The notes below the pieces were generated by a model. That model saw only the letters and a program-made list of their open reading frames with translations. It was not told the origin of the DNA and made no database searches. From the NCBI GenBank assembly GCA_038206135.1, contig JBBRBD010000004.1, positions 13,268-77,267 on the forward strand: a stretch of DNA of 64,000 nt, written 5' to 3'. The stretch comes from Patescibacteria group bacterium. GTDB lineage: Bacteria > Patescibacteriota > Microgenomatia > UBA8517. The position numbers and the translations under genes are program-made. Shown here in pieces: positions 48,587 through 58,230 of this stretch. The first letter of the stretch is position 1. Each line of letters begins with the position of its first letter.

Positions 48587-51133
48587 ATGCAGCAGTTTTC
48601 AACTCCAATGATGATGCAGTACCAAGAGATAAAGAAAAGATATCCCGATTGTTTGCTCTTTTTTAGACTTGGAGACTTCTACGAACTGTTTTTAGACGAT
48701 GCAAAAATTGGTTCAGAGATTTTGGGAATTACTCTAACAGGAAGACCAAAAGGTAAAGATGGGCGAATACCGATGTCAGGAGTTCCGTATCATGCCGTCG
48801 ATGGATATTTAAATAAGCTTGTTAAAGCGGGTTATAAAGTTGCAATCTGTGAGCAATTATCAGAACCTGATAAAAAAGGCATTGTAGAGCGTGATGTAAT
48901 TCGCGTCGTGACACCAGGAACAATTATGGATGAGCGTGCACTTGAGAAAAAGGAACACAATTATATTGCCGCAATTTCTATACACAATGAGATCGTTGCG
49001 ATATCTATAGCTGATTTTTCAACTGGACAGATGCAAACTGAAGAATATAAATCTGAAAATTGGCGAGAAGTACTTAAAAACGAACTCGCTCGCATTAATC
49101 CTACAGAATGTATTTTACCTGACGAATTGTATAACGATCCTGAAGTTTTAAAAATTCTTAAAACAATCAGAGAACTCACCATTTTTTTATTTCCTTCTTG
49201 GGAAAAGTCTCGTAAATACGCATATACAGATTTAAAAAAACACTTCGGAGTAAAAACACTCGAAGCATTTCAAATTGAGAATAAACAATTTGCACAAGAA
49301 ACATGTAATGCGCTTCTCTCTTATTTAAAAGAAACGCAGAAGAGTTCGCTCCCTCACATAAATAGTATTGTTCTTATTCCTTCAAATGATTACGTTCTTC
49401 TTGATCGCTCAACAATTATCAATTTGGAACTATTTACTACTATTAGAGAGCGAGATGGAAAAGGAAGTTTGCTACAAGTTATAGACCACACACACACCGC
49501 AATGGGTGGCAGATTATTTCGGTCTTGGCTCACTCACCCACTTAAAAACAAAAAAACAATAGAATCACGATTGGATGCAACTGAGGAAATATTAAAAAAC
49601 GATATGCAGTTTCGAAAATTAGACTCATTTCTATCCGAGGTTACAGACATTGAGAGAACATTCTCTCGAGTCGGTGTAGGAATGGGGAATGCCCGAGATC
49701 TTATATCACTCAAGGCAGCACTTACACTAACGATGTCAGTAAAACATTCATTGATAGATACTAAATCAATTCTTTTTAACAAGACGCAAAAGAATATCTC
49801 AACAAAACTTCACAAAGTAATCGATTTAATTGAAAAAACTATTGTGGAAGACCCACCGATACAATTAAAAGATGGCGGAATTCTAAAACCAGACATCGAT
49901 TCAAGAGTAGATGAATTACGGATAATCGTGAATAAAGGGAAAGAATGGATTGCAGCGCAAGAAGTGATGGAAAGAAAGCAAACTGGGATTAATACTTTAA
50001 AAATTAGGTATAACCAAGTATTTGGATATTTTATTGAAGTAAGCAAATCAAATCTTGCTGCAGTACCCAATCATTATTTCCGAAAACAAACGCTGGTAAA
50101 TGGAGAACGGTTTATTACTGAAGAATTAAAACAAAAAGAGGAAATAATTTTGAGAGCGGAAGATGAAATGAAACTGATTGAATATGAACTGTACAAATCT
50201 GTTCTAGAAGAAATAGTTTCAGAGGCAGAAATTATACAAAAAGCTGCCGATGCTATTGCTATCGTCGATTGCATTGTTTCAAACGCAATTACTGCAAAAA
50301 ACTTAAGATATGTTCGACCTACCATTGTTTATTCACATGAACTCATCATTACAGAAGGAAGACATCCCGTTGTTGAAAAGGTACTTTCAAGTGGCACTTT
50401 TGTACCCAATAACACAAGACTTGGAAACCCAACACGCTCCTTAACTCTTCTTACTGGCCCCAATATGGCAGGGAAATCTGTATACCTAAGACAAGTAGCA
50501 TTGATCACATTACTCGCTCATATTGGCTCATATGTGCCTGCAAAAAAGGCATTAGTACCAATAGTTGATAGTATTTTTGTACGAAGTGGAGCCTCTGACA
50601 TGATAACTTCAGGACTTTCTACATTCATGGTTGAGATGGTTGAAACTGCATTCATATTAAATCACGCAACAAGCAACAGTTTAATTATTATGGATGAAAT
50701 TGGCCGTGGAACAAGTACTTTTGACGGGGTAAGTATTGCCTGGGCAGTCGCTGAATATTTAATAAAAAAATTCTCACCTTCACCAAAAACATTATTTGCA
50801 ACACATTATCATGAACTAATCGATCTTGCAGAAAAGTACCCTAAAAAGATTAGCAACGCACACATGGAAGTTTCACATAAAGGCAATGAACCTGTGTTCA
50901 CACACACTCTCATGGATGGACCTGCATATGAAAGTTATGGAGTCGAGGTTGCGAAACTTGCAGGTGTTCCTATTGATGTAGTGACAAGAGCACAAGAATT
51001 ATTATTGGAGTTTCATGGAAAACAAAACTCTCAAAACAACAATACCCTACCAAAGGTAGATATTAATAGTATTACCCCACTAGAAGCCTTAAACCTTCTC
51101 TCTAAAATATACTTAGATAATGCCAATAATTAA
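48587..51133 (+). CDS. mutS: DNA mismatch repair protein MutS
   Basis: N-terminal mismatch-binding TPMMMQYQEIKKRYPDCLLFFRLGDFYELF (Phe-x-Glu), Walker A GPNMAGKS, Walker B IIMDEIGRGTSTFDG. Confidence 0.9.
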   Translation: MQQFSTPMMMQYQEIKKRYPDCLLFFRLGDFYELFLDDAKIGSEILGITLTGRPKGKDGRIPMSGVPYHAVDGYLNKLVKAGYKVAICEQLSEPDKKGIVERDVIRVVTPGTIMDERALEKKEHNYIAAISIHNEIVAISIADFSTGQMQTEEYKSENWREVLKNELARINPTECILPDELYNDPEVLKILKTIRELTIFLFPSWEKSRKYAYTDLKKHFGVKTLEAFQIENKQFAQETCNALLSYLKETQKSSLPHINSIVLIPSNDYVLLDRSTIINLELFTTIRERDGKGSLLQVIDHTHTAMGGRLFRSWLTHPLKNKKTIESRLDATEEILKNDMQFRKLDSFLSEVTDIERTFSRVGVGMGNARDLISLKAALTLTMSVKHSLIDTKSILFNKTQKNISTKLHKVIDLIEKTIVEDPPIQLKDGGILKPDIDSRVDELRIIVNKGKEWIAAQEVMERKQTGINTLKIRYNQVFGYFIEVSKSNLAAVPNHYFRKQTLVNGERFITEELKQKEEIILRAEDEMKLIEYELYKSVLEEIVSEAEIIQKAADAIAIVDCIVSNAITAKNLRYVRPTIVYSHELIITEGRHPVVEKVLSSGTFVPNNTRLGNPTRSLTLLTGPNMAGKSVYLRQVALITLLAHIGSYVPAKKALVPIVDSIFVRSGASDMITSGLSTFMVEMVETAFILNHATSNSLIIMDEIGRGTSTFDGVSIAWAVAEYLIKKFSPSPKTLFATHYHELIDLAEKYPKKISNAHMEVSHKGNEPVFTHTLMDGPAYESYGVEVAKLAGVPIDVVTRAQELLLEFHGKQNSQNNNTLPKVDINSITPLEALNLLSKIYLDNANN

Positions 51134-52769
51134 ACAGCTTTCAGAAGAAGTAATTGCACATATTGCAGCAGGCGAAGTTATAGAGCGCCCTGCATTTGCT
51201 GTAAAAGAACTTGTCGAAAATGCAATTGATGCTCAGGCTAAAAACATTGACATATTCATCAAAGATGGAGGACTTACTGAAATCACAGTAGTCGATGACG
51301 GCATTGGAATGAGTAAAGCGGACTTAGTTTTGTCTGTTTTGCCTCACACCACCAGTAAACTTAATAAAAGTGAAGATTTACTTTCAATTCGTACCTTAGG
51401 CTTTAGAGGAGAAGGATTGTCCAGCCTTGCTTCGATATCTGAGCTTACCATTGCAAGTCGAAATAAAGTTTCCCCTTTAGGTCACCAAATATACAATTCA
51501 AAAGAAATTTCCGACATTGGGATGGCTATTGGCACTCATGTAACTGCATTAAAACTCATGGACAATGTTCCAGGCAGAAAAAAATTTTTAAAAACAGAGC
51601 GTCATGAATTTAAACTTATTTATGACTATATTTGTGCTTTTGCACTTGTTTACACCAAAGTTTCTTTCAAGCTTACACATAACAATAAAGAGTATGTAAA
51701 TTTCAATGGATCAGATCAAGATAGAATTGCAACCGTATTTGGAAAAACTGTTTCAGAAAAATTTATGCATGCAAATTCTGTAGACTCATTGATCTCAGTG
51801 GATCTTTTTCTATCGCATCCAGAAGACTCACTTCCCAGTAACAATAAGCTGATTCAATTTGTAAATAATAGACGTGTACAAAACAATTTAATAACTTTGG
51901 CAATTAAAGAAGCATATGGAAAACTATTAGATCCGCATTCATTCCCTCAAGGCATTATTTCAATTTCTGTCCCTCCACAATTTATAGATGTAAATGTGCA
52001 TCCAACAAAAAGTGATATTCGTTTTGAAAGCCCAGACCTTGTGTTTAACCAGATAAAAGAGGCTGCAACTGCACTTCTAACCAAATATAATCTAACGTTT
52101 GGTTCAGATGGAAGTTTTAATACTACAAATAGAGAGATTGTTTCGACACTCAGAGATGAAGTCAGAGAACTTGCAGTTTCTAACATTACTGAAGATTTAA
52201 AAAGCGATGATATTTTAATTATAGATAATACATTTCTCTGTATTCCTCACAAAGATGGTTTACTCTTATTTGATCAACATGCCGTGCATGAAGCATTATT
52301 ATTTGAAGCATTTGTTACAGCTTTTGAAAAACACAAATCCGAAACTACTGAATTAGAGGAAAGTTTGCTTATTACTCTCACACGATCGGAAATGCTTGCA
52401 TTTGAGGAGCATGAAGAAGTACTGAAAAATTTAGGATTTGAAATTGAAAATTTTGGAGGAAACACGATTAAAGTCTTTACTATTCCAAAGCTTACGAATG
52501 AACACAATATTGCCTCTCATATCAAAGAAATCCTTGAATACCTTGAAACAGCTAAGTACCCCAGTGTGGACCGCCTAAACAATAAAATGCTTGCGTTTTT
52601 GGCCTGCAAGTCAGCTATTAAAGCTGGCGACCGTCTTACCAAAAATGAAGCGAGAAAGCTTATTTCACAGCTAACTGAGCACAATTCGATATATACTTGC
52701 CCGCATGGGAGACCAGTTAAAAGGGTACTTTCGGTGCGTGAACTTAAAAAAATGTTCAAACGGATCTAA
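51120..52769 (+). CDS. mutL: DNA mismatch repair protein MutL
   Basis: GHKL ATPase N-terminus AAGEVIERPAFAVKELVENAIDA. Overlaps the mutS stop by 14 nt. Confidence 0.9.
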   Translation: MPIIKQLSEEVIAHIAAGEVIERPAFAVKELVENAIDAQAKNIDIFIKDGGLTEITVVDDGIGMSKADLVLSVLPHTTSKLNKSEDLLSIRTLGFRGEGLSSLASISELTIASRNKVSPLGHQIYNSKEISDIGMAIGTHVTALKLMDNVPGRKKFLKTERHEFKLIYDYICAFALVYTKVSFKLTHNNKEYVNFNGSDQDRIATVFGKTVSEKFMHANSVDSLISVDLFLSHPEDSLPSNNKLIQFVNNRRVQNNLITLAIKEAYGKLLDPHSFPQGIISISVPPQFIDVNVHPTKSDIRFESPDLVFNQIKEAATALLTKYNLTFGSDGSFNTTNREIVSTLRDEVRELAVSNITEDLKSDDILIIDNTFLCIPHKDGLLLFDQHAVHEALLFEAFVTAFEKHKSETTELEESLLITLTRSEMLAFEEHEEVLKNLGFEIENFGGNTIKVFTIPKLTNEHNIASHIKEILEYLETAKYPSVDRLNNKMLAFLACKSAIKAGDRLTKNEARKLISQLTEHNSIYTCPHGRPVKRVLSVRELKKMFKRI

Positions 52770-52875
52770 TTATGGTACAATACTGTGGCTTGGATAGTAA
52801 TTCGTTTTAGTGACTTCTTTTTTCTCACTTCTAAAACAGTTTCTCTCTCGCAAGCGTTAATGGAGGTGAATATTA

Positions 52876-53226
52876 ATGGCAAAACGTTTATTCGTTGGAA
52901 ACTTACCCTACAGTGTAGATGATAACTCTCTCGCAACTCTTTTCGGAGAAGTGGGAACCGTGGCTTCGGCTACAGTAATCATCGACAGAATGTCGGGGCG
53001 TGCAAAAGGATTCGGATTCGTAGAAATGTCTACTGATGAAGAGTCTGATAAAGCAGTCGCAGAATTGAATGGAAAAGAAATGGATGGAAGAAAAATTATT
53101 GTTAATGAAGCTCGACCTATGGAAGAAAGAGCTCCTAGAGACAATGGTGGATTTTCTAGAGGACCACGCCGAGATTTCGGAGGAAATCGAGGAGGTTCTA
53201 GTTCCGGATCTGGAAGAAGATATTAA
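52876..53226 (+). CDS. RRM-type RNA-binding protein with Gly/Arg-rich tail
   Basis: RNP-2 LFVGNL, RNP-1 KGFGFVEM, C-terminal RGPRRDFGGNRGGSSSGSGRRY. Confidence 0.8.
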   Translation: MAKRLFVGNLPYSVDDNSLATLFGEVGTVASATVIIDRMSGRAKGFGFVEMSTDEESDKAVAELNGKEMDGRKIIVNEARPMEERAPRDNGGFSRGPRRDFGGNRGGSSSGSGRRY

Positions 53227-53256
53227 AAACGGGTTAGTACACTAAAGACAGAACGT

Positions 53257-53276
53257 CCCACGTAAGTGGGATTTTC
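53257..53276 (+). terminator. probable intrinsic terminator
   Basis: CCCACgtaaGTGGG followed by ATTTTCT. Short stem and interrupted U-tract. Confidence 0.4.
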
Positions 53277-53291
53277 TGGTGCCTGAAAAAG

Positions 53292-54314
53292 CTATTTCGT
53301 TTTAAACAAAATTACATTAGGCAAGTTCCGGCCTGGTCCTAATTTGTATCCGCCACTCCACAAAGCAGTTGAGCCTCCGCTATCTAGATTTAACGCGTTA
53401 TCCATTTGAAGGGCGGTAAGAGCTGCTGCAGAATCATTTATAGATGCAGAAAGTACGGTACCGATATATACAGTGTTTCCCCTATTCGCTACAAAACTTC
53501 TGTTCCCTTTTGAACTCAGCTTTGGGTCAGAACTCCCTGGATTTAGGTTTTGCGCATTAAACACAAGCATTGGATAATTAGAGATTACTCCATCAACCCC
53601 AGTGTCTCTCCCCCATTCCAAGGCTTGTCTAACAAACCGGATAGAACCTCCTTGAAAGATTACTGCAGGATTTGTGCTATACACGTTATTACTTGAATTA
53701 AAATATACTTTGTCTTTATTCATAAGAAGTGTATCAAAGCTATTTGTTTTTCCAGCACATGAAGGGTAAGATGTCGGACAAAAGTATCCACCATTTACAC
53801 CGGCATATGCGCTATTTCTAGAAACATAGTCAGAAAGCGACAAAACAGGACAGTTATCGGCACAGTCTCCACCAGAGGCTGTATCCACTATCACTTTTGT
53901 TGAACCCAAATCAGCTCCAATTACATATACAGTAAAGTCCCCATTTGATGGTGTGTGCACTCGCTTCACACTAAATCCAGATCCTGCAGGTCCACTGGTA
54001 ACAGGAATAGGCGTAGCCGTAGGTTTAACAGTTGGGACTGGAGTTGGCTTGGGAGTCGGTGATGGAGAAGGAGATGGACTTGCAGTTGGAGTTGGCATCT
54101 CAGTTGGGCTTTCTGTAATAGTAGGAGTTGTTGTGGTCAATTGAGGTGAGCTGGTTAATGACGCCTGTTGTGAAAACATTGAAAGGCCTTTGGCCTGAAA
54201 AACTTCAAAAGTTGGTTTACTTAAGTTTGAAACCACAACCGCTGTTGCTGCAATATACACAACAAGCATAATAATCGGAATTACAGCTGAGCCATTATTA
54301 CGAGTATATTTCAT
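53292..54314 (-). CDS. phosphodiester glycosidase family (DUF2233/NAGPA-like) protein, N-terminally membrane-anchored with Pro/Thr/Ser linker
   Basis: C-terminal ALNLDSGGSTALW matches the family LNLDGGGSS motif. TM anchor plus a PT-rich linker (SPSPSPSPTPKPTPVP). Confidence 0.5.
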   Translation of the reverse strand: MKYTRNNGSAVIPIIMLVVYIAATAVVVSNLSKPTFEVFQAKGLSMFSQQASLTSSPQLTTTTPTITESPTEMPTPTASPSPSPSPTPKPTPVPTVKPTATPIPVTSGPAGSGFSVKRVHTPSNGDFTVYVIGADLGSTKVIVDTASGGDCADNCPVLSLSDYVSRNSAYAGVNGGYFCPTSYPSCAGKTNSFDTLLMNKDKVYFNSSNNVYSTNPAVIFQGGSIRFVRQALEWGRDTGVDGVISNYPMLVFNAQNLNPGSSDPKLSSKGNRSFVANRGNTVYIGTVLSASINDSAAALTALQMDNALNLDSGGSTALWSGGYKLGPGRNLPNVILFKTK

Positions 54315-54458
54315 CTTTCCTCAGTATGCAGTTTCTGAGTATAGGACGCAATAAATGACTTATATTCCAAGGTGAGGTAAAATATGTCAGCCGGCGGTTT
54401 TTCACTTTCACAAAGGATTTGAATATAATTTATTGTTCCTACGCCATAGAATTAAGTA

Positions 54459-54794
54459 ATGCCGTATACAGATATTGTAAAAAGACGTGCGTGTCACAAG
54501 CGATATTACGAAAGAAATAAAGGATTATACAAGCAGAAGAATATTAAAAGAAGAAAAGAACTAATTGAATTTGTGATCTCGCTAAAGCAAATGCCTTGTG
54601 CCGATTGTGGAGTTCAATATCCTCCTTATGTAATGGACTTTGATCACAGGGATCCAAAAAATAAAATTTCAACTATTTGTATGATGGCTAGTACGCACTA
54701 TTACTCTAAAAAGAAAATATTAGAAGAAGTAAGCAAATGTGACCTGGTTTGTGCAAATTGTCACAGAACAAGAACATATTGCCCGATCGTCTAG
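54459..54794 (+). CDS. HNH endonuclease-like small protein
   Basis: CADCG...MDFDHRDPKNKIS...LVCANCHRTRT fits the HNH ββα-metal motif. Last 5 codons and stop overlap the 5' end of tRNA-Gln. Confidence 0.45.
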   Translation: MPYTDIVKRRACHKRYYERNKGLYKQKNIKRRKELIEFVISLKQMPCADCGVQYPPYVMDFDHRDPKNKISTICMMASTHYYSKKKILEEVSKCDLVCANCHRTRTYCPIV

Positions 54795-54850
54795 TGGCAG
54801 GACGTCGCACTCTGAATGCGAAAACCGAGGTTCAAATCCTTGTCGGGCAG
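54780..54850 (+). tRNA. tRNA-Gln (anticodon CUG)
   Basis: TGCCCGA-TC-GTCT-AGTGGCA-GGAC-G-TCGCA-CTCTGAA-TGCGA-AAAC-CGAGG-TTCAAAT-CCTTG-TCGGGCA-G. U1·A72 pair and G73 discriminator as in bacterial tRNA-Gln. Anticodon loop CU-CUG-AA. 71 nt, no CCA. Confidence 0.7.
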
Positions 54851-54967
54851 CAAATACAATATTACCCCATAATTATTGACTCGTGCTTCAATTTGTGATA
54901 TATTTACATATCATCCTAAGCACAAAACGTGCTTGATATTTCCTCCAAACGAGGAAGGGAGTCTGAA

Positions 54968-55441
54968 ATGTTATTCCAGAAAAGGCAGATTGTTACTATT
55001 GAGACGAAGTTGTACCAAGTTAAGTCGCCAGAGGCAGTTTCAGTTGCGCGTTCAGCCATTGGATATATGTTTGCGAAGCTCTTGGAGAGAAATGGTGAAT
55101 GGGTCGATTCGCTTGCCGTGCCAACGCTTTTGAGCTTCGAACGTCCTATGTCAGAAGTACATGCAAAAAGTGATTGGGAACGTGAATTTGATTTTGAATA
55201 CTGGGTTTGGGGAAATCCAACTCTTAGGCTCAATGTCAATGTAACTGTTCAACAAAATGCTTATGATCGTTGGATGTGGAGAGCAATCGGTGTAAAAATG
55301 CAGAGTGATCCTCCTGGTACCGACTTCGGTGCAGCATATTGGAAACAAGGACCACTCAATCCTAAAGATGGAGATGTTTTACGATTCAACCGTGTACGGT
55401 TCCAAAATTTTCTATCATCTACCCGGCCAAATTTCTGGTGA
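54968..55441 (+). CDS. hypothetical Trp-rich protein (island cargo)
   Basis: 157 aa from ATG preceded by GGAAGGGAG SD. No motif. Terminator downstream. Confidence 0.35.
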   Translation: MLFQKRQIVTIETKLYQVKSPEAVSVARSAIGYMFAKLLERNGEWVDSLAVPTLLSFERPMSEVHAKSDWEREFDFEYWVWGNPTLRLNVNVTVQQNAYDRWMWRAIGVKMQSDPPGTDFGAAYWKQGPLNPKDGDVLRFNRVRFQNFLSSTRPNFW

Positions 55442-55460
55442 TTGCTAGAAGATAAATACT

Positions 55461-55488
55461 GAGGGCGCACTAAGGTGCGCTCTTTTTT
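55461..55488 (+). terminator. Rho-independent terminator
   Basis: GAGGGCGCACtaagGTGCGCTC followed by TTTTTT. Confidence 0.55.
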
Positions 55489-55636
55489 GTTAATATAAAA
55501 TAGTTCCAACACCGTCCTACAATCGCAGCAAATATACCCATAGTTTGACGTGTTCGTCGTTTTAATATATAATTACTTCAATTGAGACGCTTTCATCAAT
55601 GTTTCTTGTCATTTTCTAACTGAACTGGAGATTGTA

Positions 55637-55972
55637 ATGAGCAAGCAGGTTAACAAGGCCGAAATACAAGGACAAGATCCTCTAACCGTAAGTAATGTTT
55701 TTTTGGGCTATCAAGCCGACGAACGTCGAGTCCAATTTGCCCGCGGCTATGGGTTGCCCGATACCGCGTCATATACGGATATCTGTAACTTCATCATTGA
55801 AAAAAACCGTCGCAAGTTTGCGATTGGTCGTGGCCTGAGCGAAGATGCGACATACGCGCAGATAGCTGCTCATGATGCAGAAATTCACCGAGTAGAATTT
55901 GCTCGCAAATGTGGGCTACCTGATACCGCCACATATGAGGAAATAAAGGACTATCTGTTAGAAAAGTTATAG
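55637..55972 (+). CDS. hypothetical protein built from three ~30-aa tandem repeats (R..FA...GL(P/S)(D/E)(D/T)A(T/S)Y..I)
   Basis: Repeats RRVQFARGYGLPDTASYTDICNFIIEK / RRKFAIGRGLSEDATYAQIAAH / HRVEFARKCGLPDTATYEEIKDYLLEK. Locally GC-richer than surrounding genes. Confidence 0.45.
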   Translation: MSKQVNKAEIQGQDPLTVSNVFLGYQADERRVQFARGYGLPDTASYTDICNFIIEKNRRKFAIGRGLSEDATYAQIAAHDAEIHRVEFARKCGLPDTATYEEIKDYLLEKL

Positions 55973-55993
55973 CAGCAAAAGCTGCGTTCAATG

Positions 55994-56031
55994 AACCGCC
56001 ATGTTTGGGTAATACCAATGTGGCGGTTTTT
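55994..56031 (+). terminator. Rho-independent terminator (long stem)
   Basis: AACCGCCAtgtTTGGgtaataCCAAtgTGGCGGTT followed by TTTT. Confidence 0.5.
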
Positions 56032-56253
56032 CATATCAAAAAAACTTTCTTTTTCAAAAATTATTGTCCTAACCAGCTAGGACACGACCATGCATACCTT
56101 GTCACAAATATCACGGCTAAAGTGTGATTTATGTTTCTCTTCTTTTCCTTACTACGTAAGGGAGAGGAGGAAACAGAAGAGAACTTGACGAAGAATCAAA
56201 ACCATCTATAATCTCCTAAATATCCTGACCTCGATAACCCTTCCCTCTAAAAA

Positions 56254-57105
56254 ATGCATTACAAAGAACTTCCAAATATCACAAAGAAACAATCCGAAAT
56301 AGTAAAACTAGTCTTTCAATATAGATTCGCAAATAGAGTACAGATACAAAGGTACCTAAAACACAAAGACCCAAAGCGTATAAATGCTTGGCTGAAGGAC
56401 TTAGTGGAAAAACAATATCTGGGCAGAATATATTCTCATAAGTTACTCGAAAACACGAAACCTGCAATATACTTTCTGCATAACAATGGAATACTGTATA
56501 ACCGATTCAATGCAGAAGAAATTAATCATTCAGAGGGACTACTCGATTTTATATATGTCAAAAAATACTACAAAGATAAACGGGCCTCAACAACTTTTGT
56601 TAAACACTGTGTTTCAATTTGTGAAATATGTATACAGTTCTTGGAGTTTGAAAGAAAAACTACAACCGTGAAATTTGAGCTGTATACAAAATCAGAGCAT
56701 CTCATTTTATTACAGCTACGAGGCGAAGAATACATACATATAAAAAAATTAGTACCAGATGTGGCACTCTATGAATATACAGAAACTAAAGATCATAAAA
56801 TAGAGTCTGTGACTTATTTTGTAGAATTGTTTGACCCTCGTGTACCTCGGTATGCAATACGATACAAAATAAGACAATTTTTGAGTTTGTATAAAGCAGG
56901 AAACAGGCAAACGATTGTAACTTCAACTGAGTCTCTCTCTTGTATCTTAGTATTCCCCACTCAAGCCATTTTAAATAAAATGTCAAAATACTTGAATGAC
57001 TTAATTAAGGAAGATGACTTTGAGGATCCGTATTTTATTTTGACGACACATTCGAATGCGATGAAATACGGAATTAAAAAATCCAAATGCGAAATAGTGA
57101 TTTAG
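56254..57105 (+). CDS. replication-relaxation family protein (plasmid/ICE-type winged-HTH)
   Basis: N-terminal ITKKQSEIVKLVFQYRFANRVQIQRYLKH...INAWLKDLVEKQYLGRIY matches the Replic_Relax pattern (L...IL..L...R.LT..QI......RRL.RL...GL.R). Confidence 0.45.
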   Translation: MHYKELPNITKKQSEIVKLVFQYRFANRVQIQRYLKHKDPKRINAWLKDLVEKQYLGRIYSHKLLENTKPAIYFLHNNGILYNRFNAEEINHSEGLLDFIYVKKYYKDKRASTTFVKHCVSICEICIQFLEFERKTTTVKFELYTKSEHLILLQLRGEEYIHIKKLVPDVALYEYTETKDHKIESVTYFVELFDPRVPRYAIRYKIRQFLSLYKAGNRQTIVTSTESLSCILVFPTQAILNKMSKYLNDLIKEDDFEDPYFILTTHSNAMKYGIKKSKCEIVI

Positions 57106-57186
57106 CAAAATCTCGTTATACACAAAAAAAACAATAATTTTTTTATAATTAATTCTCTTTTAATTTCATTCTTTTGATATACTTAC

Positions 57187-57648
57187 ATGATGGCAGAAAC
57201 AATTTTCGACAAAATACTGAGTGGCGAATTTAAGTCGTGGAAAGTTTGGGAAGATGAACATTATTTGGCATTCCTAACACCATTTGCAACTACTCCCGGA
57301 CTGACTATCCTCATTCCCAAAAAAAATGACGGAGACTATATTTTTGATCTTCCTGAAGAACGGTATCTCGCACTTTTGAGTGCAACAAAAAAAGTAGCTA
57401 AAGTCTTAGAGAAAGCGTTTAACACTCCGAGAGTTGCCTTGGTTTTTGAAGGAACTGGTGTCGCTCATGTTCATGCAAAACTCTATCCGCTTCACGGAAA
57501 ACTCGCCGGCGAAACAGGAGTCTGGAGCACACACACTGAATTTTATCCTGAATATGTGGGATACCTTACAACAGTAGAAGGACCAAAAATGACCGATGAA
57601 GAATTAAACAAAATTCAAGAACAAATCGTAAACGCTCAAAAGAGTTAA
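57187..57648 (+). CDS. HIT-family (histidine triad) nucleotide hydrolase
   Basis: His triad GVAHVHAKLYPLHG. Confidence 0.65.
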   Translation: MMAETIFDKILSGEFKSWKVWEDEHYLAFLTPFATTPGLTILIPKKNDGDYIFDLPEERYLALLSATKKVAKVLEKAFNTPRVALVFEGTGVAHVHAKLYPLHGKLAGETGVWSTHTEFYPEYVGYLTTVEGPKMTDEELNKIQEQIVNAQKS

Positions 57649-58172
57649 TACCCTTTCGGCAGAATTACCTTTTGACTACACATTTTCGCCATTGATTCTG
57701 CATAATCACCTAAACTATCAAGTCCAATTTCTTTTCTTTGTTCGTCAATAGTTTTTAAATTATTAATGGTGAAAAATTCTAATTGAGTAGAATCATCACT
57801 AGATTTCAATTGTGTTCCATATATTTGTGGTAGCCCTTCGTATGTGCATATTCTGTCTGTAAGATATGCATAGTTTTTAATATCTATATCATTTAAATTA
57901 TCACTCATATATTTAAGGTATTTTTTCATAAAAGGAAGCTCATCCAACGACATGTGTTGAATAAGCAACCATGCTTTGGAAGATGCTTCAGCTCCATATT
58001 CAGCTATACCAATCAATCCATATTCATTTACAAGCTTTTTAATATCTTTATTATTCTGTTTATCTACAAGACCTACTTCACTCCAATTTATAGGTTTTTC
58101 AAATCTTGCGCCTTGATCCTTCTCAGCCATGGAAATAATAAGCTCTGATATTTGATTACTTGATAACTTCAT
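57645..58172 (-). CDS. hypothetical protein
   Basis: 175 aa soluble, no motif. Overlaps the HIT stop by 4 nt. Confidence 0.3.
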   Translation of the reverse strand: MKLSSNQISELIISMAEKDQGARFEKPINWSEVGLVDKQNNKDIKKLVNEYGLIGIAEYGAEASSKAWLLIQHMSLDELPFMKKYLKYMSDNLNDIDIKNYAYLTDRICTYEGLPQIYGTQLKSSDDSTQLEFFTINNLKTIDEQRKEIGLDSLGDYAESMAKMCSQKVILPKGY

Positions 58173-58230
58173 ATCTCTAAATTATATCCTTAAATAAGTA
58201 CAAATAATAATTTCTTGGTATACTTCCAAC

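Noticed and set aside
53953-54144. 63-aa Gly/Val-rich plus-strand ORF
   Set aside because: Antisense of the Pro/Thr/Ser linker of the phosphodiester-glycosidase gene.
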